Virus record (IMG/VR): IMGVR_UViG_3300035689_000007 | Coordinates: 14,635 to 78,634 of that record | Strand: one strand, 5' to 3' | Length of the DNA: 64,000 nucleotides | Source of the DNA: a virus | Part shown: positions 9,340 through 19,004 of the stretch, one piece after another | How positions within the stretch are numbered: position 1 is the stretch's first letter | How the letters are laid out: every line of letters begins with the position of its first letter | Notes under the pieces: model-generated | Database searches by the model: none | What the model was told of the DNA's origin: nothing | The model's input: the letters and a program-made list of their open reading frames with translations, nothing else | Program-made: the position numbers and the translations under genes

Positions 9340-10994
9340 GAAAGAAACGTATTTTATTTTGTAGCGAGGCCACTTTTCTTAATACCGGCTACGCCACATA
9401 CACAAGGGAAATATTACAATATCTATATCAAACTGATAAATACGAATTGGCAGAATTAGCTGCTTATGGAGATAGCGGCGATAGAAGATCTCTATATATA
9501 CCTTGGAAATTTTATGGGGCTACCCTACCAAGAAACGCATCCGAAGATCAAAAAAGATTATATCAATCAAAGTATTCTTATCAGTTTGGAGAGTACGCTT
9601 TTCATGATGTATGTCTTGATTTTAAGCCAGATATAGTGTGTGATATACGAGATTTTTGGATGTTAGAATTTGTTGAGAGGTCACCATATAGACCTTTCTT
9701 TAAGTGGTGTATTATGCCAACTGTCGATGCCTATCCACAGGCAAGACAATGGATTTCTACATATCAATCAGCAGACGCTTGTTTAACTTATTCTGATTGG
9801 GCTGGCGAAGTATTAAAAAAACAGTCTAATGGAAATATTAATTACTTAGGATCTGCACCACCTTCAGCACATGCAGCGTATTGCATGATTAGAGACAAGA
9901 ACGAATCTAGAAAATACTTAGGTATACCAGATCATTGCAAAGTTGTTGGAACCGTGATGAGAAACCAACGTAGGAAGTTATATCCAGATTTATTTAAAGC
10001 GTTTAGATTATTACTTGACAAAGTAGAAGATCCACAAAATTATCTTTTGTATTGTCATACAAGTTATCCAGATATGGGCTGGGACATACCAGAATTATTA
10101 CAAACATACAATTTATCGTCAAACACAGTATTTACATACGTTTGTACTGAAACCAAGAAGCCATTTGCTTCTTTTTTTCAAGGCCCACACGTAGTATCAC
10201 CATTTACTAAAAAATTAACTGGTATTATGTCTAACGTTAAGTGCGGTATAGATTATCCAGAATTAGCAACTATTATGAATAGTTTTGATATATATGTACA
10301 ATATGCTAATTCAGAAGGTTTTGGTTTACCACAAGTAGAAGCTGCCGCCTGTGGAATACCAGTAGCGTCTGTAAATTATTCAGCAATGGAAAGTGTTGTT
10401 AAACAATTAGGTGCAATACCACTAGATGTAAAGGCTCTATATCAAGAAATGGAAACTGGATGTATGAGGGCTGTTCCAGATAATCAAGATACTGCACAAA
10501 AACTATATGAATTTTTTCAGCAACCATCATTCAAAAGAAGTAAACTTGGTTTTGATATAAAACAGAATTTTTTGAAATATTTTCAGTGGGATATTAGCGG
10601 ATCTGTATGGGAAAGATATTTTGATAGCGTAGAAATATTGGACGAAAGAGAAACTTGGTTTTCTACCCCTAGAATATTTAAACCGGCATCAAAGCCAGAT
10701 TTCAAAAAGTTTAGTGATATACAGGAATATGCCACGTTTCTAATTAAACATGTTCTATGTAAAGAAGAAAAAATTAATACGTTTTTTCATTCTAAACTGG
10801 TTAGAGATTTACTATATGGTTTTACTACCGGTATTTCTGGCGGGGTATATCAAAATGATAGCTCTATGATAGCTGATGGTAATGTTCAAAAAATATCTTT
10901 TGATTTTGATAGAGCTTATGAATATATGCTATCAATACGACTAGAAGAAAATGCAATAGAACAAAAAAGAGCGGAGGTATTTAAATTACTATGA
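9336..10994 (+). CDS. glycosyltransferase family 4 (GT-B)
   Basis: TGYATY, RNQRRK, EGFGLPQVEAAACGIP (E-x7-E). Confidence 0.9.
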   Translation: MRKKRILFCSEATFLNTGYATYTREILQYLYQTDKYELAELAAYGDSGDRRSLYIPWKFYGATLPRNASEDQKRLYQSKYSYQFGEYAFHDVCLDFKPDIVCDIRDFWMLEFVERSPYRPFFKWCIMPTVDAYPQARQWISTYQSADACLTYSDWAGEVLKKQSNGNINYLGSAPPSAHAAYCMIRDKNESRKYLGIPDHCKVVGTVMRNQRRKLYPDLFKAFRLLLDKVEDPQNYLLYCHTSYPDMGWDIPELLQTYNLSSNTVFTYVCTETKKPFASFFQGPHVVSPFTKKLTGIMSNVKCGIDYPELATIMNSFDIYVQYANSEGFGLPQVEAAACGIPVASVNYSAMESVVKQLGAIPLDVKALYQEMETGCMRAVPDNQDTAQKLYEFFQQPSFKRSKLGFDIKQNFLKYFQWDISGSVWERYFDSVEILDERETWFSTPRIFKPASKPDFKKFSDIQEYATFLIKHVLCKEEKINTFFHSKLVRDLLYGFTTGISGGVYQNDSSMIADGNVQKISFDFDRAYEYMLSIRLEENAIEQKRAEVFKLL

Positions 10995-12103
10995 AAATAC
11001 TATATGTGGGCCACTATAAAGAAAATAGTGGATGGTCTAATGCGGCAATTAATAATATATTGGCATTAGATTCTATAGGTGTTGATGTAGTGTGTAAAGA
11101 TATTAAACTGACAAACAAGCCATTCAATATTCCTAATAGAATTTTAGAATTAGAACAAAAATCTCTTAATGGTGTAACACATTGCATACAGCATATCTTA
11201 CCACATCATATGGTAGGATCTGATCAATTCAAAAAGAGCGTTTGTTATTATGTTGGAGAATCAATACATACTAAGAAAAATAGCTGGCATTCTTATTTAG
11301 AACTCGTTGATGAAGTTTGGGTTCCAAATATTGATTTGCATAAAAATACTCAACAGTTCGTTAGCAACGCGGTGCGTATACTTCCACACACATTTGATAT
11401 AAATAAATATCGTCAGGAGTTTAAGAAGATAAATTTTGGATCTGAATCAAGTTTTTTTAAGTTCTATACTATTGGTGACATCAATGATCGAAAAAATATG
11501 ATTGAAACCATTAAATGTTTCTATCACGCATTTTCTAGCGATCAAGATGTGTTATTCATTGCTAAGATTAAGAAGCATGGATTAACACAATCTAATCTAC
11601 AAAAATATACAGAACAATTATGTGAATCTATACAAAATAGTATGAAATTATATTCAGATAAGACAAAATATGGAAACGTAAGATTTATTACGAGTGATTG
11701 CGATGACGATTTCATATATGCATTGCACAACTCTTGTGATTGTTTTCTTAATATTTCACATGGAGAAGCTTGGTCTATACCATCTTTTGAAAGCATGTGT
11801 TTTGGAAATACGCCAATATGCTCTAATGAAGGTGGTCCAGCGATGTATATAAATGATGATAAAGCACACGGAACATTGATAGATGGCACATATACCATAT
11901 GTAATCAATCTGACGCTGCTTTTGATCATATATTCACCGGTTCAGAATTTTGGTTTCAACCGAATCATATATCAACAGTAAATGCCATGAAATTTTACTA
12001 TGAACACAGAGATGTTAAAAACAAGGAAGAGTGTTTAACTTATGCATCTAAGTTTGATTATAGTATTATTGGACAACAAATAAAGGATATGTTAAATGAC
12101 TAA
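10991..12103 (+). CDS. glycosyltransferase family 4 (GT-B)
   Basis: MKILYVG, DEVWVP, DRKN, SHGEAWSIPSFESMCFG. Confidence 0.85.
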   Translation: MKILYVGHYKENSGWSNAAINNILALDSIGVDVVCKDIKLTNKPFNIPNRILELEQKSLNGVTHCIQHILPHHMVGSDQFKKSVCYYVGESIHTKKNSWHSYLELVDEVWVPNIDLHKNTQQFVSNAVRILPHTFDINKYRQEFKKINFGSESSFFKFYTIGDINDRKNMIETIKCFYHAFSSDQDVLFIAKIKKHGLTQSNLQKYTEQLCESIQNSMKLYSDKTKYGNVRFITSDCDDDFIYALHNSCDCFLNISHGEAWSIPSFESMCFGNTPICSNEGGPAMYINDDKAHGTLIDGTYTICNQSDAAFDHIFTGSEFWFQPNHISTVNAMKFYYEHRDVKNKEECLTYASKFDYSIIGQQIKDMLND

Positions 12104-13079
12104 ACTTGCATCACTATTTCGTAAACTCAGCGATGTAGAAAAATATAACATTATTACCTTTCCAACACACGAAAGGTATGAAACACAGTTATGCAAAACT
12201 GGACACAACTTCTTTTCTTTAAATAGGGAAGGAAGAAAAACTTGGAATACTCAACAGGTTAATATTCCAGAAAACTACTTTATACAAAATGGTAAATTCA
12301 ATTCATATATAACATATGACATGATATTAGTTCAAAGTAGATTTGATGATCAATTTAGCTTGGCGCACCAAATAAAACAAAGTTTAGATATACCAATTAT
12401 AGTATTAGATCATAGCTTACCACCACCAGAAATCAATACAAAAATAAGAGATATGATAAGAAGTTATTCTGGTAATGTCAATGTATTTATTTCTGAATTT
12501 TCTAGGGACTGTTGGCAAATAAACAGTCAAAATAATATCGTTATACATCACGGTATCGATAGTAATACATTTACACCTAAAGATAATATAGATAAACAAA
12601 AATATGTATTAACAGTTGCAAATGGATTTACACAACGAAAAGATTTACATTTCAACGATTGGTTAGAAATAACTAAAAATATCGAAAACAAAATTGTGGG
12701 AGATAATCCCGGTTTATCTGAATCTGCCAAAGATGTCAATCATCTAGTTGAAGAATATAATAAGTGTAGTGTCTATCTTAATACATCGCGTACACCAATA
12801 CCAATGAGCTTATTAGAAGCAATGTCTTGTGGGTGTGCGGTTGTTACAGTGAAAGATAGTATGATGGTTGATATCATAAATAATGGAGTAAATGGCTTTA
12901 TTAGTAATGACACTAAAGAACTTACCGATATGATAAATTTGTTAATGGGCGATGAAAATTTAAGAAAGTCAATTGGAAATAAAGCTAGAGATACAATTTT
13001 ACACAACTTTTCAGAACAATCTTTTATAGATAAGTGGAACACATTATTTAAAGATACATACGAAGGAAAATATCAATGA
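12096..13079 (+). CDS. glycosyltransferase family 4 (GT-B)
   Basis: VIHHGID, YLNTS..PIPMSLLEAMSCG, IINNGVNGFI, IGNKAR. Confidence 0.85.
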   Translation: MTKLASLFRKLSDVEKYNIITFPTHERYETQLCKTGHNFFSLNREGRKTWNTQQVNIPENYFIQNGKFNSYITYDMILVQSRFDDQFSLAHQIKQSLDIPIIVLDHSLPPPEINTKIRDMIRSYSGNVNVFISEFSRDCWQINSQNNIVIHHGIDSNTFTPKDNIDKQKYVLTVANGFTQRKDLHFNDWLEITKNIENKIVGDNPGLSESAKDVNHLVEEYNKCSVYLNTSRTPIPMSLLEAMSCGCAVVTVKDSMMVDIINNGVNGFISNDTKELTDMINLLMGDENLRKSIGNKARDTILHNFSEQSFIDKWNTLFKDTYEGKYQ

Positions 13080-13501
13080 ATTTAAACTTTACATACAAAA
13101 CAAATCATATTGAAAATTTTATCAACATAGATGCTACGTCCGACAAATTAGAAGCAGAACTGAAACGTATATCAGCTTCATCTTGTAGTAATATTATTAT
13201 TTCAGAATCTATCAATTATCTTAATTATGATGAATCAAAAACAACACTAGTAGAAATAATTAGTAAATTGAGAAAGGGTGGAAATATTTCTATATCTACT
13301 GTAGATTTTGATGCAATATCAACAAATTTTATTAATGGTGATATAGACATACCATATCTGTGCAACATACTGAGTAGTATTAAATCCATAATACCAAATC
13401 AACATGTAATCAGCCTAGTGAAAGATCATAATGTCAAAATAATTAGCATTGAAAAAAGAGATTTTTTGTTTATTATACGTGGTTATAGAGAAAATACATG
13501 A
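13076..13501 (+). CDS. degenerate class I SAM-methyltransferase-like protein
   Basis: NFINID...ISESINYL...KLRKGGNISI..VD follows the small phage MTase layout, but the glycine-rich motif I is missing. Confidence 0.45.
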   Translation: MNLNFTYKTNHIENFINIDATSDKLEAELKRISASSCSNIIISESINYLNYDESKTTLVEIISKLRKGGNISISTVDFDAISTNFINGDIDIPYLCNILSSIKSIIPNQHVISLVKDHNVKIISIEKRDFLFIIRGYRENT

Positions 13502-14265
13502 AGACAAAAAGCTGTATAACATCTACCAAAAAAAGCCATAAAGCAGTAGAACAAGTAAAACATGATTGTTTTGTGAGCGTTGTTTTAATACATGATCAGC
13601 AGATTAATAGAATGAAATCGTATATGCCATTAGCATTATTACAAATAGATGATAATAACACGCTGTTAGATTTGCAGATCAAGGCTATAGAAAAAAAGTT
13701 TCAAAAATATGAAGTTATAGTGACGGCAGGATCTCATATAGAAAAAATAGTAAGACACATCAAACAAAAATATAGAAATCAAAATATTAGAGTTATAGAA
13801 AATACGATGTCTCAAGAAACTACAAACGCAGAAAGCACCAGATTATCTTTAAATAACATCAACAATGATAAAATTTTTATTATTGACGGCCACCTATTTT
13901 TTACTGACAAAATTTTTGAAGAAATAAATCCCAATGAATCTTTTGTTTTATGCAATAGAGAAAAAGATGATAGTTTAGAAATAGGCGTAAACGTGGGTGA
14001 ATTAGACAATGTTCAATATTTTTCTTATGGGGCTAATTTCGCATGGTCTGAGGTAATATTTTTAAATGCCTCAGTTTCCGTTGAACTAGAAAAGATACTG
14101 TCTACAAAACAATTTCAACAAAAATTTCTATTTGAAGCTATAAATGAAATGCTAAAGAGAACTAACATAAAACAAAAATACGTTGATGTAAATAATGTCA
14201 TCAAAATCAAAAACAATAAAACATATCAAAGAGCTAGGAGTAGACATGAAATTCATAGTCGATAA
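13498..14265 (+). CDS. sugar/choline-phosphate nucleotidyltransferase-like protein (LicC/GlmU fold), possibly inactive
   Basis: RMKSYMPLALL, TLLDLQI, EVIVTAG, VIEN, TTNAES, IIDGHL; lacks the AAGxG signature. Confidence 0.6.
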   Translation: MKTKSCITSTKKSHKAVEQVKHDCFVSVVLIHDQQINRMKSYMPLALLQIDDNNTLLDLQIKAIEKKFQKYEVIVTAGSHIEKIVRHIKQKYRNQNIRVIENTMSQETTNAESTRLSLNNINNDKIFIIDGHLFFTDKIFEEINPNESFVLCNREKDDSLEIGVNVGELDNVQYFSYGANFAWSEVIFLNASVSVELEKILSTKQFQQKFLFEAINEMLKRTNIKQKYVDVNNVIKIKNNKTYQRARSRHEIHSR

Positions 14266-15091
14266 TTATAGCGGCAATGCTACATCGCAATCTCTATACA
14301 TATATAAACATATTAGTGAGAATACGAACCATCAATGTTATTTGAACAATGGACAAATATCAACATTTGATCTATTGGATGATGTTAAACCGGAGGTGTA
14401 TATAAGCAATTTATCTGTGTTGTCTAGAGATGTAATACAATATATAAGACAAAATCAATATGATATGAAACTAATGATAAATATTGATAATGTAAAACTG
14501 GGCAATATTCTAGATGTAGAAGAAGTATTAGTAGATGAAAAAATCAATTTTAGATTTTTTGGCAATCTGTCTGGAATAAATCCAACAAAAGTTAGAAAAA
14601 CCAAAATATTTAACTTATTAGACGGTTATGATAGCAATATAGAATCTTCAAAAAAGGTGTGGGATAAAAAAATAAACCATCTAATTGTTGTAAAGAGTGA
14701 TGTAGATATAACCAATATTGATCTAGAAAAATTAAAAAACAAGACATTTCATGTTGCTTCATTTGAAAGCACAGTTGAGATACACACAAATGTAATAGAT
14801 GCAATCAAGAATCTGTACCACAATTATGATAGCGTAATATTTGCTAATCTAGAATATGGTATACCGCAACCATTTTTTGATTGCCTATATCAAAACTGTA
14901 AAGCTTTTTTTGTTTCCAAAATGTATGGCAAAGAAATAAATAATACGCTAACTAAAATACTAAAAATTAATGGCAATTTAAATTTTAATGACGATGACAA
15001 AATAGAAGATTTTAATGAGATTTTTGACACTGTGAAACAGAATCATAGTTATGTGCGCCGCGTAAACAGTTTGCTTTCACAGGTGTCTTGA
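14246..15091 (+). CDS. hypothetical protein, possibly GT-B-derived
   Basis: AGGAG RBS; FDLLDDVKPEVYI and C-terminal VKQNHSYVRRV reminiscent of CgeB/GT-B ends; lies in GT cluster. Confidence 0.4.
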   Translation: MKFIVDNYSGNATSQSLYIYKHISENTNHQCYLNNGQISTFDLLDDVKPEVYISNLSVLSRDVIQYIRQNQYDMKLMINIDNVKLGNILDVEEVLVDEKINFRFFGNLSGINPTKVRKTKIFNLLDGYDSNIESSKKVWDKKINHLIVVKSDVDITNIDLEKLKNKTFHVASFESTVEIHTNVIDAIKNLYHNYDSVIFANLEYGIPQPFFDCLYQNCKAFFVSKMYGKEINNTLTKILKINGNLNFNDDDKIEDFNEIFDTVKQNHSYVRRVNSLLSQVS

Positions 15092-15093
15092 AC

Positions 15094-15843
15094 ATGATTA
15101 ATACAAAGAAAATACAGACTCACGCTTTTTTGTGGTATAAAGATACACATGAATATATATTAACAAAGTTAGCGAAGGCTGGAATAACTCATTTAAATCT
15201 ATCACTAGAAAGTGGGAATAAAAATAATAAAACTATCATAACTGCTGCAAAAAAATTGATTCCAAATGTAAGGTATATTAAAGTTAGACCTTGTGGTAGT
15301 GATCAACTTGGTTTTTATTGTTCAGCAATCAAATATAACAAAACAAAAAAAGATTGGATATTATATTGTCACGATAAAAGCAAAACAAAGCAAAAGTGGG
15401 TAGATAGTATTTTAGATCCAATATTACAAGATAAAATAAATGATATCATTGTAGATAATAATATTGGCATAATATCGTCTGGTCATCCAGATTATTTTAA
15501 ACAATTATGGTCAGAAGAAGATTTAGTTAAACTAGATCATCAAACGTTTTTTCATGACAAAAAATGCATAGTAGAATGTAGACATACTCTAACTTGGCTC
15601 AGAGAGTTACAATACATATTATTTAGAAAACACGGCCTAATGGATAAAGAAAATCTTAATTTTAACTTTACTGCTGGAAATATGTTCTTGATAAGAAGAG
15701 ATGTATTACAGGTGGCTCATTCGTGTATTCATAGTAATTTTTTCCCTAATAATTATAGGGCCGATGGAGATGTGTCACACGCCCTAGAAAGATTTTATTA
15801 TTACGTATCGATTTGTATGAAATACAAAAATGAATTTATATAG
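15094..15843 (+). CDS. RgpF-like (rhamnan synthesis F) glycosyltransferase
   Basis: HAFLWY, GSD..GF, HDKSK, FTAGNMFLIR, SHALER. Confidence 0.7.
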   Translation: MINTKKIQTHAFLWYKDTHEYILTKLAKAGITHLNLSLESGNKNNKTIITAAKKLIPNVRYIKVRPCGSDQLGFYCSAIKYNKTKKDWILYCHDKSKTKQKWVDSILDPILQDKINDIIVDNNIGIISSGHPDYFKQLWSEEDLVKLDHQTFFHDKKCIVECRHTLTWLRELQYILFRKHGLMDKENLNFNFTAGNMFLIRRDVLQVAHSCIHSNFFPNNYRADGDVSHALERFYYYVSICMKYKNEFI

Positions 15844-15853
15844 GAGATTTTAA

Positions 15854-16294
15854 ATGCATAATTTTGCTATATGTTTGACTAACGATGACAATGTGGCAAA
15901 CATTGTATTAAACGTCTTGTACAAAAAAATAAAACAAGAAATTCCCAAGTCAAATATATCTGTATTTGCTAGCTCACACGGTAATTTCAGTTTTGACTGT
16001 GGTATATTTTGCTTATCAGAACTGTGGTATTTTGCTGGAGAAATATTTGTTTTTGATATGGATTCAATCGAATATATTAACAATTTACATCAAGACATCA
16101 AAATAAATTTTGTGTTTTTTAATCAAAATTTAGATATCAAGAAAATGATGGAATTATTAAACGACAATATAGTCAATATTCATCTAGACAGGTCTTCATT
16201 AGACAATTTTTCAAGAATAACTGGAAGAAATTCTATAAGTCTAGATAAGTATATAGAACTATGTAAGAATATAGAGGTAAAATCAAATGAATGA
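15854..16294 (+). CDS. hypothetical protein
   Basis: 146-aa ORF with AGGAG RBS, coupled to neighbours. Confidence 0.6.
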   Translation: MHNFAICLTNDDNVANIVLNVLYKKIKQEIPKSNISVFASSHGNFSFDCGIFCLSELWYFAGEIFVFDMDSIEYINNLHQDIKINFVFFNQNLDIKKMMELLNDNIVNIHLDRSSLDNFSRITGRNSISLDKYIELCKNIEVKSNE

Positions 16295-17054
16295 ACAAAA
16301 AATTATCGATATGTACAAAGAGAAAAAAATGAGTACATATGAAATAGCGAAAGCTTTAAATACATATCCAAATAAAATACGAAGATTGTTGATCAAACAT
16401 GGTGTCGAACTAAATGATAAAAGTACGGCACAAAAATTAGCTTTAGAAAAAGGTATAGCCAATATTCCTACAAAAGGAAAAACCAGAACACGCGAAGAAA
16501 AACTAAAAATTAGTAGATCTTTAAAAGACAACTGGGAAAATATAGGCGATAAAGAATATGCAAAACGAGTAGAATTAGCTAAAGATAGATGGTCCAAGCT
16601 ATCACAATCAGCTAAAACAAAAATGAACGAAGCAGCAATACAAGCTATACAAAAAGCTGGCAAGGAAGGATCTAAACTAGAAAAATTTATACGTAATGAA
16701 TTATCACAATATGGATATAAGGTAGAATCTCATAAAAAAAATCTTATTCCTAATTACAATCTAGAAATCGACATGTACTTTCCAGAGGTCAAGGCTATAA
16801 TAGAGATAGACGGGCCTTCTCACTTTCTGCCAATTTGGGGTGAAGAAAAATTGAAGAAACAAATCAAGGCAGATGCAGATAAAACAGGTTTAATATTAAG
16901 TAGAGGGCTAGCGATCATAAGAGTAAAAAATCTTTCTGATTCTTTATCATTAGCTTCTCAAGAAAACTTAAAAACAAGATTGATAAACATACTAGATAGT
17001 ATGAAGAATAATTTTCCAAAAGAGTCTGAAAGATATATTGAAATTGAAGTATGA
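16287..17054 (+). CDS. free-standing homing-endonuclease-like protein (HTH + NUMOD3-like + Vsr/DUF559 nuclease)
   Basis: STYEIAKALNTYP (HTH), KGKTRTREEKLKIS (NUMOD3-like), SKLE...EIDMYFP...IEIDGPSH. Confidence 0.7.
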   Translation: MNEQKIIDMYKEKKMSTYEIAKALNTYPNKIRRLLIKHGVELNDKSTAQKLALEKGIANIPTKGKTRTREEKLKISRSLKDNWENIGDKEYAKRVELAKDRWSKLSQSAKTKMNEAAIQAIQKAGKEGSKLEKFIRNELSQYGYKVESHKKNLIPNYNLEIDMYFPEVKAIIEIDGPSHFLPIWGEEKLKKQIKADADKTGLILSRGLAIIRVKNLSDSLSLASQENLKTRLINILDSMKNNFPKESERYIEIEV

Positions 17055-17077
17055 AACATATTAAGAAAGGACTAAAC

Positions 17078-17845
17078 ATGATTGCACCAGAAGTAGAAAA
17101 TTTATTTGAAGGAATGTCGGGCGTAGATTCGGTAGTAGATGTAGACACTTCTGTTAAAAATGTTATAAGGGGAGACGAGCCATCTATGCTATCTCCAGAG
17201 TGGCATGATTATGCTATGGGATTATTTCATGAAACAGAGTTGTTAGATGGACATCCTCTTGTGAATGGTTTAAGAAGGGTAGCAGAATTGGTTTTAGGAC
17301 CAATTAGATTTAGTGGGCCTACGCAAGTATTCCCAGTACAGCGTGATGATCATCACGGTAGAGCAACCGTTATTTTTACTATTGAGTTTGCAAGCGGTTT
17401 AAAGTGTGCGGAAGTGGCCGATTCTTGGGAGGGTAACACAGATGATACATTCTGTGCTTACGCTGTTGCGATTGCAAGCACTAGAGCAGAAGCTAGAGCA
17501 TTACGAAAAGTACTCAAAATACGCGGCGTGGCAGCGGAAGAATTAACTAAGAAGGATACTGCAAAGATAGTACGCGAAATGTCAAATTCTAAGTCATCAA
17601 GCACTGGCGACTATGATGATCAAAGTAGGATGAGTGAAGCTCAATATAATTTCATAGATATTAAGTGTAAGCAACTTAATGTTGATGCACTCAAATTGAT
17701 GAATGAAGAATTTAAAGTAGATCCAAATAAAAAGGTGTCAAAGAAGGTAGCTAGTGATATTATAGATAGGCTGAACGATTATCAGCGTGATAAGAATAGT
17801 ATTCCAGAAGCTTTACTGGGTTACAATGTAGCGTGGAGAAACTAA
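17078..17845 (+). CDS. putative ssDNA-annealing/recombination protein (Rad52/Sak-like)
   Basis: GLRRVAE, ATVIFTI, AIASTRAEARALRKVL..VAAEEL, C-terminal SEAQ..FI module; alternative start at 17051. Confidence 0.5.
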   Translation: MIAPEVENLFEGMSGVDSVVDVDTSVKNVIRGDEPSMLSPEWHDYAMGLFHETELLDGHPLVNGLRRVAELVLGPIRFSGPTQVFPVQRDDHHGRATVIFTIEFASGLKCAEVADSWEGNTDDTFCAYAVAIASTRAEARALRKVLKIRGVAAEELTKKDTAKIVREMSNSKSSSTGDYDDQSRMSEAQYNFIDIKCKQLNVDALKLMNEEFKVDPNKKVSKKVASDIIDRLNDYQRDKNSIPEALLGYNVAWRN

Positions 17846-18177
17846 TGAAACTAACATATACTACAAAAAATGGTAGAGTAAAAGTAGAACTAGAGGGTGA
17901 ATCTCAAAAGGACATTTTTGAGGCAATTAGTAAATTTCAAGAAGTGTTTGATGAAACTAATTGTGGAAAGTGTCAATCTGAAAATTTACGATTTGTTGTA
18001 AGAAACGTAGATGATAATCTATATTACGAACTACGATGTCTAGATTGTGGTGCTAGATTATCTTTCGGTGTACACAAGAAGGGTGGCGGTTTATTTCCAA
18101 AAAGGAAAGATGGAGATAAGTGGCTACCAGATGGCGGTTGGGTAAAGTGGAACTCAAAGACAGAATCTATGGAATGA
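17845..18177 (+). CDS. Zn-ribbon protein
   Basis: CGKC...CLDC pairs; TAATG coupling with upstream gene. Confidence 0.65.
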   Translation: MKLTYTTKNGRVKVELEGESQKDIFEAISKFQEVFDETNCGKCQSENLRFVVRNVDDNLYYELRCLDCGARLSFGVHKKGGGLFPKRKDGDKWLPDGGWVKWNSKTESME

Positions 18178-18188
18178 AGTAGTGAATG

Positions 18189-18217
18189 AGGGGGGTAGGA
18201 TTACTACCCCCTTTTTT
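18189..18217 (+). terminator. intrinsic terminator at the junction of convergent arms
   Basis: GGGGGTAG-gatta-CTACCCCC stem followed by TTTTTT. Confidence 0.85.
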
Positions 18218-18960
18218 CATAAATAGTCTACTGTGAAATATAATCCATATTGAGTCTTTTCGCCAATATCGTTTGGAGAAGAACTTAGTGCCACATACCA
18301 ATCGTGTCTTAAAAATTCTCCAGTACCACCTTCGTTATAATCCGTGGCAGTCAAACCCAAAGTGGTGGTTAGATAAGTTTGATACTCTCCAGTAATATCT
18401 AATGCCGTTGTATTAAGACCGCTTGGGCCGGGTGAATTTGTTAATGCCATTGGTGTTGGTATACCACCAACTGTTGGATCAAATTCTGTCCACACATTTG
18501 TATTGGAAGCTCTATGAGATAAATTTGTAGCGGCTTGATTTGTTAGTGGGTGTCTTACTTCATAAACAAAAGTGGTTACTCCAACCGCATGATTATTGAC
18601 AGAAGAACGGTTAAATATTATTATTCTAGGTTGAGATGTTCTTACAGCGGTAGTATGTTCAAATCTAATATTTAATGTTGCTAGATAATTAGGCAAATTA
18701 GCCAAATTAATTGCATTCGCTCCATTTAACTTAACGGTTGTTGTTTCATTAGCTGTATTTATGGGATATTGACAATTATTTAATTGGTGACCAATAGCAG
18801 TGCCATTACTAGTAGTAATCCACGTTGTAGATTGGGTTTCTCCAATTGGTACTGGAGCAAAAGCTTGAGAACCAAAAAATCCAATACCACTACCGGCTTG
18901 ATGATTAATCAAGTCAGGTGTACCATTTAGGACGTTTCCGTAAAACGTAATTGTTGCCAT
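18217..18960 (-). CDS. probable virion structural protein
   Basis: 247 aa, Thr/Asn/Gly-rich beta-type sequence, GGAG RBS, preceded by late-promoter-like motif. Confidence 0.55.
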   Translation of the reverse strand: MATITFYGNVLNGTPDLINHQAGSGIGFFGSQAFAPVPIGETQSTTWITTSNGTAIGHQLNNCQYPINTANETTTVKLNGANAINLANLPNYLATLNIRFEHTTAVRTSQPRIIIFNRSSVNNHAVGVTTFVYEVRHPLTNQAATNLSHRASNTNVWTEFDPTVGGIPTPMALTNSPGPSGLNTTALDITGEYQTYLTTTLGLTATDYNEGGTGEFLRHDWYVALSSSPNDIGEKTQYGLYFTVDYL

Positions 18961-18974
18961 ATTTTATCTCCGTT

Positions 18975-19002
18975 TAGAGTACTCTATAGTATTATACACA
19001 AA
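18975..19002 (-). promoter_or_regulatory. putative late promoter TTTGTGTATAA with downstream palindrome TAGAGTACTCTA
   Basis: Identical 11-mer and same spacing to a TAGA-starting palindrome at 52440-52469. Confidence 0.6.
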
Positions 19003-19004
19003 CT

